Source: Myxococcota bacterium
Lineage (GTDB): Bacteria; Myxococcota_A; UBA9042; GCA-2863065
NCBI GenBank assembly: GCA_047639255.1
Contig: JBLINL010000001.1
Span: 1 to 30,281, forward strand
Length of the DNA stretch: 30,281 bases
Direction: 5' to 3'
The first letter of the stretch is position 1, and each line of letters begins with the position of its first letter. Below, piece by piece: positions 1-8,420 of the stretch. Made by a program: the position numbers and the translations under genes. The notes beneath the pieces are model-generated. The model searched no databases and was not told the DNA's origin. It saw nothing but the letters and a program-made list of their open reading frames with translations.

Positions 1-420
1 GACCAGCCAGGCAGTGATCAGCGCCGGCTGAAGGGCCAGTCCCAACAGGCGGCTCAAGTCCAGTTCCCGCACCTCCGAGATGACCGCTCGCCCCCCGGTC
101 GCGGCACCGGGCAGGGCCGACGCGATTGGGCGGGCGACTGTCCTGTTGCGGCTGGTGTCCGTTGCGACAAGCACGCACCGGTCCAGAGACTCGTTGGGCA
201 TGCGGTGCAGCTCGGATATGCAAACGGCGACGACCGGAATCCCAGTCGCGCCCAGCGGCACGACACGGGGCGCATCCAGAGCGACGCCGCGAAACCCCTG
301 CGCGACAGCGAGATCCCCAACGCGCAGAAGCGCCTCCAGCGATACGCGCGCCGGCCAGTGAACTCCGCCGCCCACGGCACCCTGCAACTCTATAAGAAGT
401 CCGATGCTCGCCCCTCCCAT
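1..420 (-). CDS. Hypothetical protein, 3'-truncated by the left window edge; possible immunity or accessory partner of the adjacent metallopeptidase
   Basis: I translated this frame by hand. It has no stop from 471 down to base 1: ...ELQGAVGGGVHWPARVSLEALLRVGDLAVAQGFRGVALDAPRVVPLGATGIPVVAVCISELHRMPNESLDRCVLVATDTSRNRTVARPIASALPGAATGGRAVISEVRELDLSRLLGLALQPALITAWLV. Third codon positions are mostly G/C and the composition is protein-like. The start is uncertain (ATG 468, ATG 420, TTG 387 or GTG 375). It is absent from the ORF track because it has no stop in the window. Confidence 0.65.
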   Translation of the reverse strand, partial: MGGASIGLLIELQGAVGGGVHWPARVSLEALLRVGDLAVAQGFRGVALDAPRVVPLGATGIPVVAVCISELHRMPNESLDRCVLVATDTSRNRTVARPIASALPGAATGGRAVISEVRELDLSRLLGLALQPALITAWLV

Positions 421-2483
421 GAGCTGAGGATGTCCCGGAGAGAACGCGTCTTCAGGACACCCAGGCATACGTCACAATATTTGTCGGCCCCGCTCGGGTC
501 GCCGAACATCAAACACGTGCCCGCCACATCGCCAAAGTCTGCGACCGCCTTGTCAGACACTCCGTCGGCGCAGTGAGATCCGTCGTGGCCGCCACGGATG
601 CCGTCTGCCCCGCACCGATCACCCGCCGAGCGCGGACCACGATAGTAGCTGCCCCCGGCATCGACATGAGGGGTCGGCGCAACGCCGGGCGGGAGTGGGG
701 CCGCGCCAGGCGGTGTCGTCAAGCCACAGGCGTGCCCGAGTTCATGCGACAGCAGGCGTGCCGTATCCTTCGCATCGACGCCGAGGCCTCCCAGTACGAC
801 GAGCGCATTTGCACTGTATGTAGGGATGGAACGAGCGATATATAGACGGAACGCGAGTTCCATGGGGCACGTACTCTCTGTCTCGGACCCCAACCAGTCG
901 CCGGGACCTCCGAACGTCGGCGGACGAAGGCGGATACTGGTTGCCGACTCGTGCTCGACCGTCCACGAGGCCATGGAGCCCGCGTGGGGCGGACCTCCCA
1001 CTGCGGTGCGCCCCGGATGTGCCTCGGTGGTGGGGAGCGCGACCCAGCGACATCCAACCAGGGACACGCCCAGCTCCCCCGTGTCCAGGTTTATGGGCAG
1101 GCACCAACCGCCCAGCGACGTCAGGTCGAATACAATGGTGCCGTCGGCTTCGAAAGATGTAACTGCGAGATGTACCGTCTTGGGAGCTTCGTCCCATTGG
1201 AGCAGGTGATGACACGCGCGTAGGCAAAGCGTTCGATTCTCGGTGACGCCGAAGTCGTGGGGATGTGACCGCGGCCTGCGAGGCAGAACGTGCCTGAGCC
1301 CGCCGGTCTCACCGAAGAATGCGGCGTCGAATATCTGTACGTCGGGCACATCGCTGACCTGCACGTCTGGAGCCGCGGCGCACACCAGCTCGATGAATGC
1401 GGGCGCCAGGTGGCCCGCCACAGCTTCTAGCGTTGGGTCTTCGAAGTCGCCCCCATTTCCCGGTACACAATCCGGCATTTGCAGTCTGTAGTGGATCCGT
1501 CGCCAGTTGACGACAACAACCGAGCTGTCTTCGCAGGCAGCGGTAGCACCAACCGCTACGGTGCACTTGTCACCCCCAGCCTGGCCAAGCTCGACGTGAA
1601 AGGTGGCCGTGCCGCCCTGGTCGAGCGGTACAGTCGCTTCGAATATGTGGGCGTCTCCAGCCGTTGGATCGCGCTCGTTTTCGTCCACCCAGAGCGCCGG
1701 ACGCGGCATGTCCCGGTCCGTGTTTTCGCGCGCGAAGGTCACTCGCACATGGACGGGGTCGCCAGGTAGGGCCAGCTTGTCCTCGGCCGAGCGGGCCGCA
1801 TCACCAGCAGCCTGGACCCGAATCCGCAGCCGGCTTCCGGCATCCAGCTGCGACTCGTCGGCAGGCAGGTTCACCCATTGGATGACCTCAGCTGCCCCCT
1901 CCCGCGCGACGGGTTCGATAATCTCCGCGGTGTACGGCATGCGGGACACCACCGCCTTGCGATTGCGCCCGCTGTCGACCTGCCAGGAGTCGATCTGCCA
2001 TGGTGAAACGGCTTTGAACGCAATGCTCTCCGGACGAAGCGGCTGAATGACGCAAACGCCGTTTGGGAGCGTCACGACCGTCCGATCCACCAGCGTGCCT
2101 TGCACCGGCCGTAGAGGACAGCCAGCCACCGTGGCCCCTTCCCCATCCACTGCAGTTACCAACACTTTCCGCGGCCACACCCGGTAGCTGACCGGTGCGA
2201 CAAATTCGCCCTCGGATGCCTTGACCTTGAACTTCAGCGTGTAGCTGTCCTCGGTATCGGTCAGCTTCGGGAAGCGCACCTCCTGTTCAGTCATCCCTCC
2301 AGACTCCGAAACGACAAGGTCTGCCAGCTTCTCGGCCCCCCCAGAAGCCTCAAATTGGTAGGTCACCTGACCCTCTTCCCACCACTGACCTGCACGGAAA
2401 ATGGACTTGAAGGTGACCGCTGTGTCCTCAAACACGTCCCGAACACTCGGGCTCTCGGCGCCCTCGATTGCGATTTCTGTCAC
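390..2483 (-). CDS. Putative zinc metallopeptidase (metzincin-like HExxHxxG) with N-terminal beta-rich domains; candidate T6SS effector
   Basis: 697-aa ORF from GTG 2483 to TAG 390-392. It carries LSHELGHACGL (720-746), a distal GGHDGSHC (570-593), a Met-turn-like CLMFG (Met codon 507-509) and a CDVC. No signal peptide is visible. It lies next to the T6SS genes. Confidence 0.75.
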   Translation of the reverse strand: MTEIAIEGAESPSVRDVFEDTAVTFKSIFRAGQWWEEGQVTYQFEASGGAEKLADLVVSESGGMTEQEVRFPKLTDTEDSYTLKFKVKASEGEFVAPVSYRVWPRKVLVTAVDGEGATVAGCPLRPVQGTLVDRTVVTLPNGVCVIQPLRPESIAFKAVSPWQIDSWQVDSGRNRKAVVSRMPYTAEIIEPVAREGAAEVIQWVNLPADESQLDAGSRLRIRVQAAGDAARSAEDKLALPGDPVHVRVTFARENTDRDMPRPALWVDENERDPTAGDAHIFEATVPLDQGGTATFHVELGQAGGDKCTVAVGATAACEDSSVVVVNWRRIHYRLQMPDCVPGNGGDFEDPTLEAVAGHLAPAFIELVCAAAPDVQVSDVPDVQIFDAAFFGETGGLRHVLPRRPRSHPHDFGVTENRTLCLRACHHLLQWDEAPKTVHLAVTSFEADGTIVFDLTSLGGWCLPINLDTGELGVSLVGCRWVALPTTEAHPGRTAVGGPPHAGSMASWTVEHESATSIRLRPPTFGGPGDWLGSETESTCPMELAFRLYIARSIPTYSANALVVLGGLGVDAKDTARLLSHELGHACGLTTPPGAAPLPPGVAPTPHVDAGGSYYRGPRSAGDRCGADGIRGGHDGSHCADGVSDKAVADFGDVAGTCLMFGDPSGADKYCDVCLGVLKTRSLRDILSSWEGRASDFL

Positions 2484-2492
2484 GTCTAAGCT

Positions 2493-2518
2493 TTGACCTG
2501 GCCGGCGGCCTGGGTCAA
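2493..2518. promoter_or_regulatory. Inverted repeat TTGACC-N14-GGTCAA in the 66-bp gap between divergent genes; candidate operator or back-to-back -35 elements
   Basis: TTGACC (2493-2498) and GGTCAA (2513-2518) are exact reverse complements. The spacer contains GGCC-GGC-GGCC. It lies between GTG 2483 (minus) and ATG 2550 (plus). Confidence 0.35.
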
Positions 2519-2549
2519 TGTTCTACCGCGACCGATATACGGAGGCACC

Positions 2550-2948
2550 ATGTCCCTGATCGATGAAATCCTCAAAGCCGACCAAGCTCGGCGCATTCAA
2601 CAACAGGCGCGTGAGGCGCTCGGGCGTGAGTCCACGCGTGCCGAGACCGCGCGGAGAGCCCGGCAGGAGGGTCCAGTTCCGCCAGCCGGCACAAACACCC
2701 ATGCAGGCCGATGGGCCGCCGACCCCAACCAGAGCCTGTGCGGATTGGCGCCCGGCGACGCGTTTGTCATGACCGATTGCGGAGACGAGTTATCCGGTGT
2801 TTGGGTCGTGCGTCGCGTCACACACGCTGCCACTGGGAGAGACCTGATGGCCGTCCGGCCGGACGGCGCTGGACCAAGCTTCACCATCGATGAGGCCGAG
2901 CTTCAGGCATGCATTGAGGGAGGACAGGTCACGCGGACGGTGCTTTGA
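2550..2948 (+). CDS. Small hypothetical protein (132 aa); C-terminal half resembles part of the gp27-like barrel of VgrG/phage baseplate hub proteins
   Basis: GGAGG SD at 2541-2545, ATG 2550, TGA 2946-2948. It fills the gap between two minus-strand genes without overlap. The motif GLAPGDAFVMTDCGDELSGVWVVRRVTH was recognised by eye only. Confidence 0.7.
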   Translation: MSLIDEILKADQARRIQQQAREALGRESTRAETARRARQEGPVPPAGTNTHAGRWAADPNQSLCGLAPGDAFVMTDCGDELSGVWVVRRVTHAATGRDLMAVRPDGAGPSFTIDEAELQACIEGGQVTRTVL

Positions 2949-2958
2949 ACGCCCCCCA

Positions 2959-2977
2959 GCGCTGATGGTCTCAGCGT
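2959..2977. terminator. Short hairpin between convergent genes; weak terminator candidate
   Basis: CGCTGA (2960-2965), loop TGGTC, TCAGCG (2971-2976), lying between the TGA at 2948 and the tssA TAG at 2980. There is no U-tract on either side. Confidence 0.25.
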
Positions 2978-2979
2978 GC

Positions 2980-4290
2980 CTACCATTGGTCATCGCCATC
3001 CCCATCGCCATCGTCGTATGGCGAATCGTGCTCGCCTGCCATGTTGCCTGAATGCCCCGGCATCAGACCGGGGTGTAGCTGGCTGCCGTGAGGGTCATGC
3101 CCAACCTGGCCGTCGGCGGTGCCGGGCTGCTGGACCCCCAGTAGATCGCGCACAAAGCCCAGCGATTGGGGACCCATAACCAGTTCAGGCAGCAGCTCCT
3201 GCAACGATAGACCGCCCCAGCCAGCAGCTCGCCGCAGCAGGTAGGGAGTCGGGCTGTGTGGCTCGATACTCTCGAGGTAGTCGGCCACCTCGTTCAGCAG
3301 TTCGTACGCATGTTCGCGATCGCGAATTGCCCAAACGCCCGAGGCGTCCCCCTTCTCCGCTGGCACGGTGACAGGGACCGGCTGTGATTCGGTTGTGACG
3401 TCCTGTGGCGCAGACTCATCCTCAAACTCCTGCTCGTCCGTGTGGGCGTCCTCGTCGTCGAGGTCGTCCGGGTCGGCCAGGTCGGCAGCCTCGACTGCCG
3501 CTGTGGGCAGACTCACGTTGCATGCGGGCATCGCGATCTTCTCGACGATATGCAGGGCGGCTCTCAGCGTCTCCTGGACGGCGTACAGACTCGGAGATTC
3601 CGCACCGCAACGTTCATCGAGCAGTTTGTCCAGCGCGTCGCACATCTCCAACGCGCCGCTGATGGCGGCGTGTGTCTCTCGGAGCTCTGAAGGCCGACCC
3701 ATCGACAGCGACTTGCTCACATCTTCCTGATTCAGTTCACCTCGCTCGATAGCCGCTGCGTATGCCTTGGGTTTCTGCTTCTTCAGACGGCCAAGCGCCG
3801 CCGCGTGCTGCGAGTTATACAGCCCAACGGGAGAGCGACCATCCGAGGGGGAGACCAGAGGGATAATACGGAGCTGCCCTGCCAACCGAGTATTCATCCA
3901 GACGATCGGCGCCAAGCGATAATCCAGGTCCTCGCCGTCGATGTTCGGATGCAGGCCATCGTCCCAGAACGTCTCGCACAGGCGTAGGCACAGCTCCAAG
4001 CCATATCGAAGCCCCGGCCAACCGCGGACATGCAGCCATCCCTCAGTCAGCCAGGCCGCGATTTGCAGGTCCTTACTCTTGTCCTGCAGGGCCTTCTTGG
4101 AGAGACGCGCGACCGCGCGCCAGTCCGACTCTTTCAGCTCTTGCTTCCAGACGCCACGTGGCAGCTTGTCATCAGCTCGTCGCGCTTCTTTGATGGCTGC
4201 GTACACTGGATCGTAGCGTAGTGATTCGCCCGTAGGTGCGGTCTCAGTTATGGGCTGCAGGAGGCCCGTCAAATCGGGAGCCCATGTCAT
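2980..4290 (-). CDS. tssA: Type VI secretion protein TssA (ImpA_N domain, short type)
   Basis: The N-terminus LLQPITETAPTGESLRYDPVYAAIKEARR...DWRAV...SKDLQIAAWLTE...GL...LCETFWDDGLHP is typical of ImpA_N. The C-terminal IRDREHAYELLNEVADYLESIEPHSPTPYLLRRA is typical of short TssA. It overlaps the tssM stop as ATGA (4287-4290). Confidence 0.93.
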   Translation of the reverse strand: MTWAPDLTGLLQPITETAPTGESLRYDPVYAAIKEARRADDKLPRGVWKQELKESDWRAVARLSKKALQDKSKDLQIAAWLTEGWLHVRGWPGLRYGLELCLRLCETFWDDGLHPNIDGEDLDYRLAPIVWMNTRLAGQLRIIPLVSPSDGRSPVGLYNSQHAAALGRLKKQKPKAYAAAIERGELNQEDVSKSLSMGRPSELRETHAAISGALEMCDALDKLLDERCGAESPSLYAVQETLRAALHIVEKIAMPACNVSLPTAAVEAADLADPDDLDDEDAHTDEQEFEDESAPQDVTTESQPVPVTVPAEKGDASGVWAIRDREHAYELLNEVADYLESIEPHSPTPYLLRRAAGWGGLSLQELLPELVMGPQSLGFVRDLLGVQQPGTADGQVGHDPHGSQLHPGLMPGHSGNMAGEHDSPYDDGDGDGDDQW

Positions 4291-7200
4291 TCTCTAAGTG
4301 CCTCAGCCAGCCCCAGTGGGGGCATCGCGACCGGAAAGTGCGGAACCGACAATCGCGCTTTGTTCTTGGGCGAGTACAGGACCGAACGCACGAATAAGGT
4401 GGCCCCCCCGGCGCTTGGTCCTGCCTCGCTGGCGACCGGCTCGGTGATGATATTGAACGCCAGAGTCGTAGGGTTTCGGTCGCGACCGTCCTTCAAGCGC
4501 CACGCGGGTGCACGATGCTGACGCAATAGCCGGAGCAACGCCCAGCGTCCACGAAACGAGTAGGTGACCGTACGATTGGAGACTTGAACATTCTCCGCCA
4601 GCAGCGCCCCCCCTTCGGCCAGAAGCGTGGCACCAGCGGGACGCCCCGGCGCGTTCGCGGCCCACCGGAATAGGACGGTGACTACATCGTCCTGCCCCCA
4701 GCGGAGCTTCTGTCCGTCGGGGGTCCGCAGGTCCAAGACCTGGCGATTCACGCGGAATTGCCACTCAATCACGTGGTGGGCATTCTCCTCGTGCTCCTTG
4801 TTTACCCGGAAGGCCGCAGTGACATCGAAGCCCAGGCTTGCGATCTGCCCCTCAGCCGTGAGAGTGGTGCTAAAGAACCGGCGAAGCACACCCACGCTCT
4901 CGAGAAAATTCTCGATGTTGTTCCGATTCCAGCCGATTTCCCGATCGTCCTTGGCCCCCTTCCAGTGCTTCTCTTCGAAGGCTTCCAAACCGGCCAACCA
5001 CTCATACAGTTCCATGGGGTCCACATCGTCTGCGCAGTCATCGCAGAACGGAAACTGCTCACTCATCCGAGCAAACTGGCCGCGCAGCGGCTCGTATGCC
5101 TGCAGAGCCTTCCTGGCGGTGACCGCAAGGCACTGCCGGTCCACCAATCGCACGATGCTCTCGTGGGCGTCGCGGAAATAGTCGGTGGTGCCGTGGAGTT
5201 CGGTTCGCGCTTTTCGGGCTTCAAGGCAGTTCGCAATGCGCAGGTCCTTCAGTCCATGAAGTACCATCGCCTCCAACGGGTCCACCGAGTTCGTCTTCTT
5301 GGCCTTTTGGTTGCCGAGCGCACGCACAATCCCCTTGAAGCGTTTCTGTGGGGGCGTGTCCGCTCCGCCACCTCGATCGTTGAGGAACAGCAATAGCGGG
5401 AGGGCCGACTCCGCCAATCGACCAACTGTGGCTCTGGATTGCTCCATATCGACAGCAAGTTCGGTCTCGGTCAGAGCGCCAAACAGGAGGAAACCGAGCG
5501 GCTTCTGGCCGTCCCAGACCAGCCTTATCTCGACATCGGGCTGGTACGGTCGATCTTCATCCAGCTTGTAAGACAGCCAGCAGAGCAGCTGCTCGGCCTG
5601 ATGCACGGCAATCTCCCGAAGCCTGCGACCCACGGCGTCACCGGCGTCAAGCCCAGCATCCGTCAGATCGGCGATCAACCCGTCCAGGACCGGTAACGCG
5701 CGCCGGAAATTCGCCAACTCCTTATCCGTAAAAGAGGAGCATTTCCTGGACTCTTCCGAGCCAGGATTTGCTTCGCCGGCGCCGAAGGCAGAGGCCACGG
5801 CGGCCGTGGCACTGGACGCCACCATCTTTGACGCGACCAGCAGCAGTTTGCGGGACTCCCCGTCCCCAACCCCGTGAAAACCGTTGCGCTTGACCGCCAC
5901 GTAGCTCTGAACAAGCGTACGCGCCACCTCCAAGGCTCCTACGTTCCAGTCGACGTCCCTTGCCTTCCACTCGCTGTCGGTCGGTAGCTCGAGATTGTTT
6001 AGGTGGGGAGCCATGAATGGGCGCTTGAGCAGACTGCCAATTGCGCGCTTCAACGCGATTACCGGGGGCGCGATGTGAAAGCGGCTCGCCCAAGCCCGCT
6101 CTTCCAGTAGTGACAAGGGCGGACCATCGACGTCAGACAAGTCTGAAAAGTCGGCGCGCATTCGGCCGTACAGACGCTTCAAGCTGGCGTGAAACTGGTT
6201 CTTGCCCAACCCGAGAACGATGTCGTCGACTCCAGGCGGAAAGACGGACAGGCTGCGAACGACGTCAAGCATCTGGCTCAGTGCCTGGCCCGGCTGGAAG
6301 CTATACGACGTCAGGATTGGCTGACGACTGGAGCGCGTGGTGTTTTCGGCCTCACGAATGAAGCCCTCCAGCTCCCCGAGATATGCGCGCGTATTCTGCT
6401 GCTGGGAGACGTCGTCGGACAGTGTGGGCAGACGGTCCAGCGCGCTCTCCATGATTGTGAGCTTGTCCACCAGCGAGCTGGCATCGAACGCCGAGGCGTA
6501 CATGAGTCGAGCGAGGGTAATGGCCATCTTGCGCGCAGCTTCCTGATTCTCGGGCGTATCGAGCTGAAAGGGAGCTCCCTCGGCCGCCTGAAGTGCGCTC
6601 TCATGAAACTTGGCGTGCACGAAGTACTGGTCTGGGAGCGGCTCACCCAGCACATCATGGACCAGGCTACCGAAGTCCCCGAGCGAGCGCTTGCGGGCCC
6701 CAAGCAGTCCGGAGTAGCGAGCCGCCCAGCCGGACACCGTCTGCAGCGCCGTCACGCGCTGGAGTAGCTCAGCAAACGCCGCCGTATGCTCAAAGTCTTG
6801 TATCGTTCCGTGGTCCTTCAAATGACGAGGCGGCGTTCGGATGGCCTCGACCACCGCGGTCTCCATTTCGGCAACAATCGCCGGTAAGACCAAGCGTGCG
6901 TAACCCGCGGTGACGGCATACTGCAGCCGACCATCGACGTCGCTCCACAGGGATGTCGGTAGCCACGGCGTCTGAAGCTGCCCGTAATCCAGTGCTGCTA
7001 TTTCGCGCAGCAGGCGCGTCGCATCGGACCTGAGCCGCCCGTCAAGTCCGGGGGCCCGACCAGCTTCTCGCTGATGTCCGGCGTCCCGTACGGTTTGGAG
7101 CACCGGTTGCAACTTGCCACCGGCCTCACGGACGGAGGCGCCAGCTACCAGCATGCCCGTGACGAGCGTGGCGCCCATGATCAAGAGCGCCAACTGAATC

Positions 7201-8420
7201 GTGCGAACCGCCCGCTGACGAATCGCCACCGCCTTGGGCGCAAGCCGTGTGAGGCCCCCTTCGGGCAGTATCTTCCGGTCGAAAAGACCCTCGGCGAAAT
7301 ACATATTGCCCGGCGTGTAGGTCCACGGTGCTGGCGGCGCGTTCTCCGCGTCCGGATCACCTGCATCCTCGAGAATTGGCGCCTCAAATCCGGTTCCACC
7401 TACGAAATAGATCCCCCGAAGGAAGAACGGGTCCAGATGCACCGAGGGCGAAAAAACGCCCGACAGAAGGGCCTCCAGCCCGGGACGAGTGGTTCGTATG
7501 GCATCACGAAACTGAACAAAAGCAGCGCCGTCTTCCACCCCACGATCCGCGGCGAGCAGCGACGCCTGCACCTGGAACACGGAGGAGTCCACTTCACTGT
7601 AGGCCGCGTTGATCCAGGTTTTTCTGAAGGCGGTGTCGAGCGCGTGTGGGTTGGACCAGCCGAGGATATCGCTGACGTACCGCTCCGGTAGTTCACGAAC
7701 GAAAGCCTTGAAGCCGTGCAAGCGATCGCATCGAGACACCACGACGTGAACGGGGCACTGCAAGCCCAGCACTTGCTGCAGACGAACCAGACGGTCTCGC
7801 AGCTGCTCGGTTCGCGCTCTGATGTACTCTTCGGCGTCCGGCCCTCGCACAGCAAGCTCGTCCGCCCGAACGACAAGGACGACGCCGTCAATGGGCCGGT
7901 CGGGGCGGCGCTTCCGCAGTGCCTTCAGAATCCGACCGAAACCGCCCGTCTTGGAGGCTTCGGAGGCGTACTCGCCAGCGGCTGCCACGAGATTCCCGCC
8001 GCTCATGAAGGCCCACTCGCATCCGGCCGTGCGTCCGATGCGTGTCAACTCAGGACTCCGCTTGGCGCCCCGAGCGGCCAGATACTCCAACAATGTTGAC
8101 GTTCCAGCGGCCTCAAAACCCATCATCAAGTACCAGGGCACGGCATAAAGAGCGTCGGCTGCGGCGGTGTTGTCCTCGATTTCTCCCGCAGCCAAACGAA
8201 CCGCCGGCCCGATCTCTTTCGGCTTGAGCGCGGTCTTGGGCGTGATTTCGCCCACCGGAGAGACCGGCTGAGTCTCGGCGGCCTGCTTGGCGGCGCGGCG
8301 CTTTCGCAACGAGTCGACCGCTTTGGGCATGATGAGCCCACCGACCAACATGATGATCGACGCCAGCTTGCCGAAAGCTTTTCGGAAGTAGCGCTTGCCG
8401 AGTTTCAGCAGCGTCTTCAT
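4287..8420 (-). CDS. tssM: Type VI secretion membrane subunit TssM (IcmF/ImcF family)
   Basis: 1377 aa. Motifs include VPWYLMMG..., CEWAF, LRKRRPDRPIDGVVLVV, PVHVVVSRCDRLHGFKAF, ILGWSNP and FFLRGIYFVG. There is a TM near IQLALLIMGATLVTGMLVAG and a C-terminal FPF...GRWALLRLL. GAGGTGA SD and ATGA overlap with tssL. Confidence 0.93.
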   Translation of the reverse strand: MKTLLKLGKRYFRKAFGKLASIIMLVGGLIMPKAVDSLRKRRAAKQAAETQPVSPVGEITPKTALKPKEIGPAVRLAAGEIEDNTAAADALYAVPWYLMMGFEAAGTSTLLEYLAARGAKRSPELTRIGRTAGCEWAFMSGGNLVAAAGEYASEASKTGGFGRILKALRKRRPDRPIDGVVLVVRADELAVRGPDAEEYIRARTEQLRDRLVRLQQVLGLQCPVHVVVSRCDRLHGFKAFVRELPERYVSDILGWSNPHALDTAFRKTWINAAYSEVDSSVFQVQASLLAADRGVEDGAAFVQFRDAIRTTRPGLEALLSGVFSPSVHLDPFFLRGIYFVGGTGFEAPILEDAGDPDAENAPPAPWTYTPGNMYFAEGLFDRKILPEGGLTRLAPKAVAIRQRAVRTIQLALLIMGATLVTGMLVAGASVREAGGKLQPVLQTVRDAGHQREAGRAPGLDGRLRSDATRLLREIAALDYGQLQTPWLPTSLWSDVDGRLQYAVTAGYARLVLPAIVAEMETAVVEAIRTPPRHLKDHGTIQDFEHTAAFAELLQRVTALQTVSGWAARYSGLLGARKRSLGDFGSLVHDVLGEPLPDQYFVHAKFHESALQAAEGAPFQLDTPENQEAARKMAITLARLMYASAFDASSLVDKLTIMESALDRLPTLSDDVSQQQNTRAYLGELEGFIREAENTTRSSRQPILTSYSFQPGQALSQMLDVVRSLSVFPPGVDDIVLGLGKNQFHASLKRLYGRMRADFSDLSDVDGPPLSLLEERAWASRFHIAPPVIALKRAIGSLLKRPFMAPHLNNLELPTDSEWKARDVDWNVGALEVARTLVQSYVAVKRNGFHGVGDGESRKLLLVASKMVASSATAAVASAFGAGEANPGSEESRKCSSFTDKELANFRRALPVLDGLIADLTDAGLDAGDAVGRRLREIAVHQAEQLLCWLSYKLDEDRPYQPDVEIRLVWDGQKPLGFLLFGALTETELAVDMEQSRATVGRLAESALPLLLFLNDRGGGADTPPQKRFKGIVRALGNQKAKKTNSVDPLEAMVLHGLKDLRIANCLEARKARTELHGTTDYFRDAHESIVRLVDRQCLAVTARKALQAYEPLRGQFARMSEQFPFCDDCADDVDPMELYEWLAGLEAFEEKHWKGAKDDREIGWNRNNIENFLESVGVLRRFFSTTLTAEGQIASLGFDVTAAFRVNKEHEENAHHVIEWQFRVNRQVLDLRTPDGQKLRWGQDDVVTVLFRWAANAPGRPAGATLLAEGGALLAENVQVSNRTVTYSFRGRWALLRLLRQHRAPAWRLKDGRDRNPTTLAFNIITEPVASEAGPSAGGATLFVRSVLYSPKNKARLSVPHFPVAMPPLGLAEALRE

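Noticed and set aside
54-380. 108-aa minus-strand ORF in the track
   Set aside because: It is Arg/Trp/Cys/Pro-rich and overlaps a different minus frame that has better GC3 bias and protein-like composition, so it is probably a shadow ORF.
2983-3020. Short GCCATC/CCCATC micro-repeats
   Set aside because: They simply encode the DDGDGDGDD tail of TssA and are too short and imperfect for a phase-variation tract.
4627-7691. Plus-strand ORFs of 150-210 aa over tssM (e.g. 4758-5396, 6189-6767, 7074-7691)
   Set aside because: These are antisense shadows of a GC-rich gene with no recognisable motifs.
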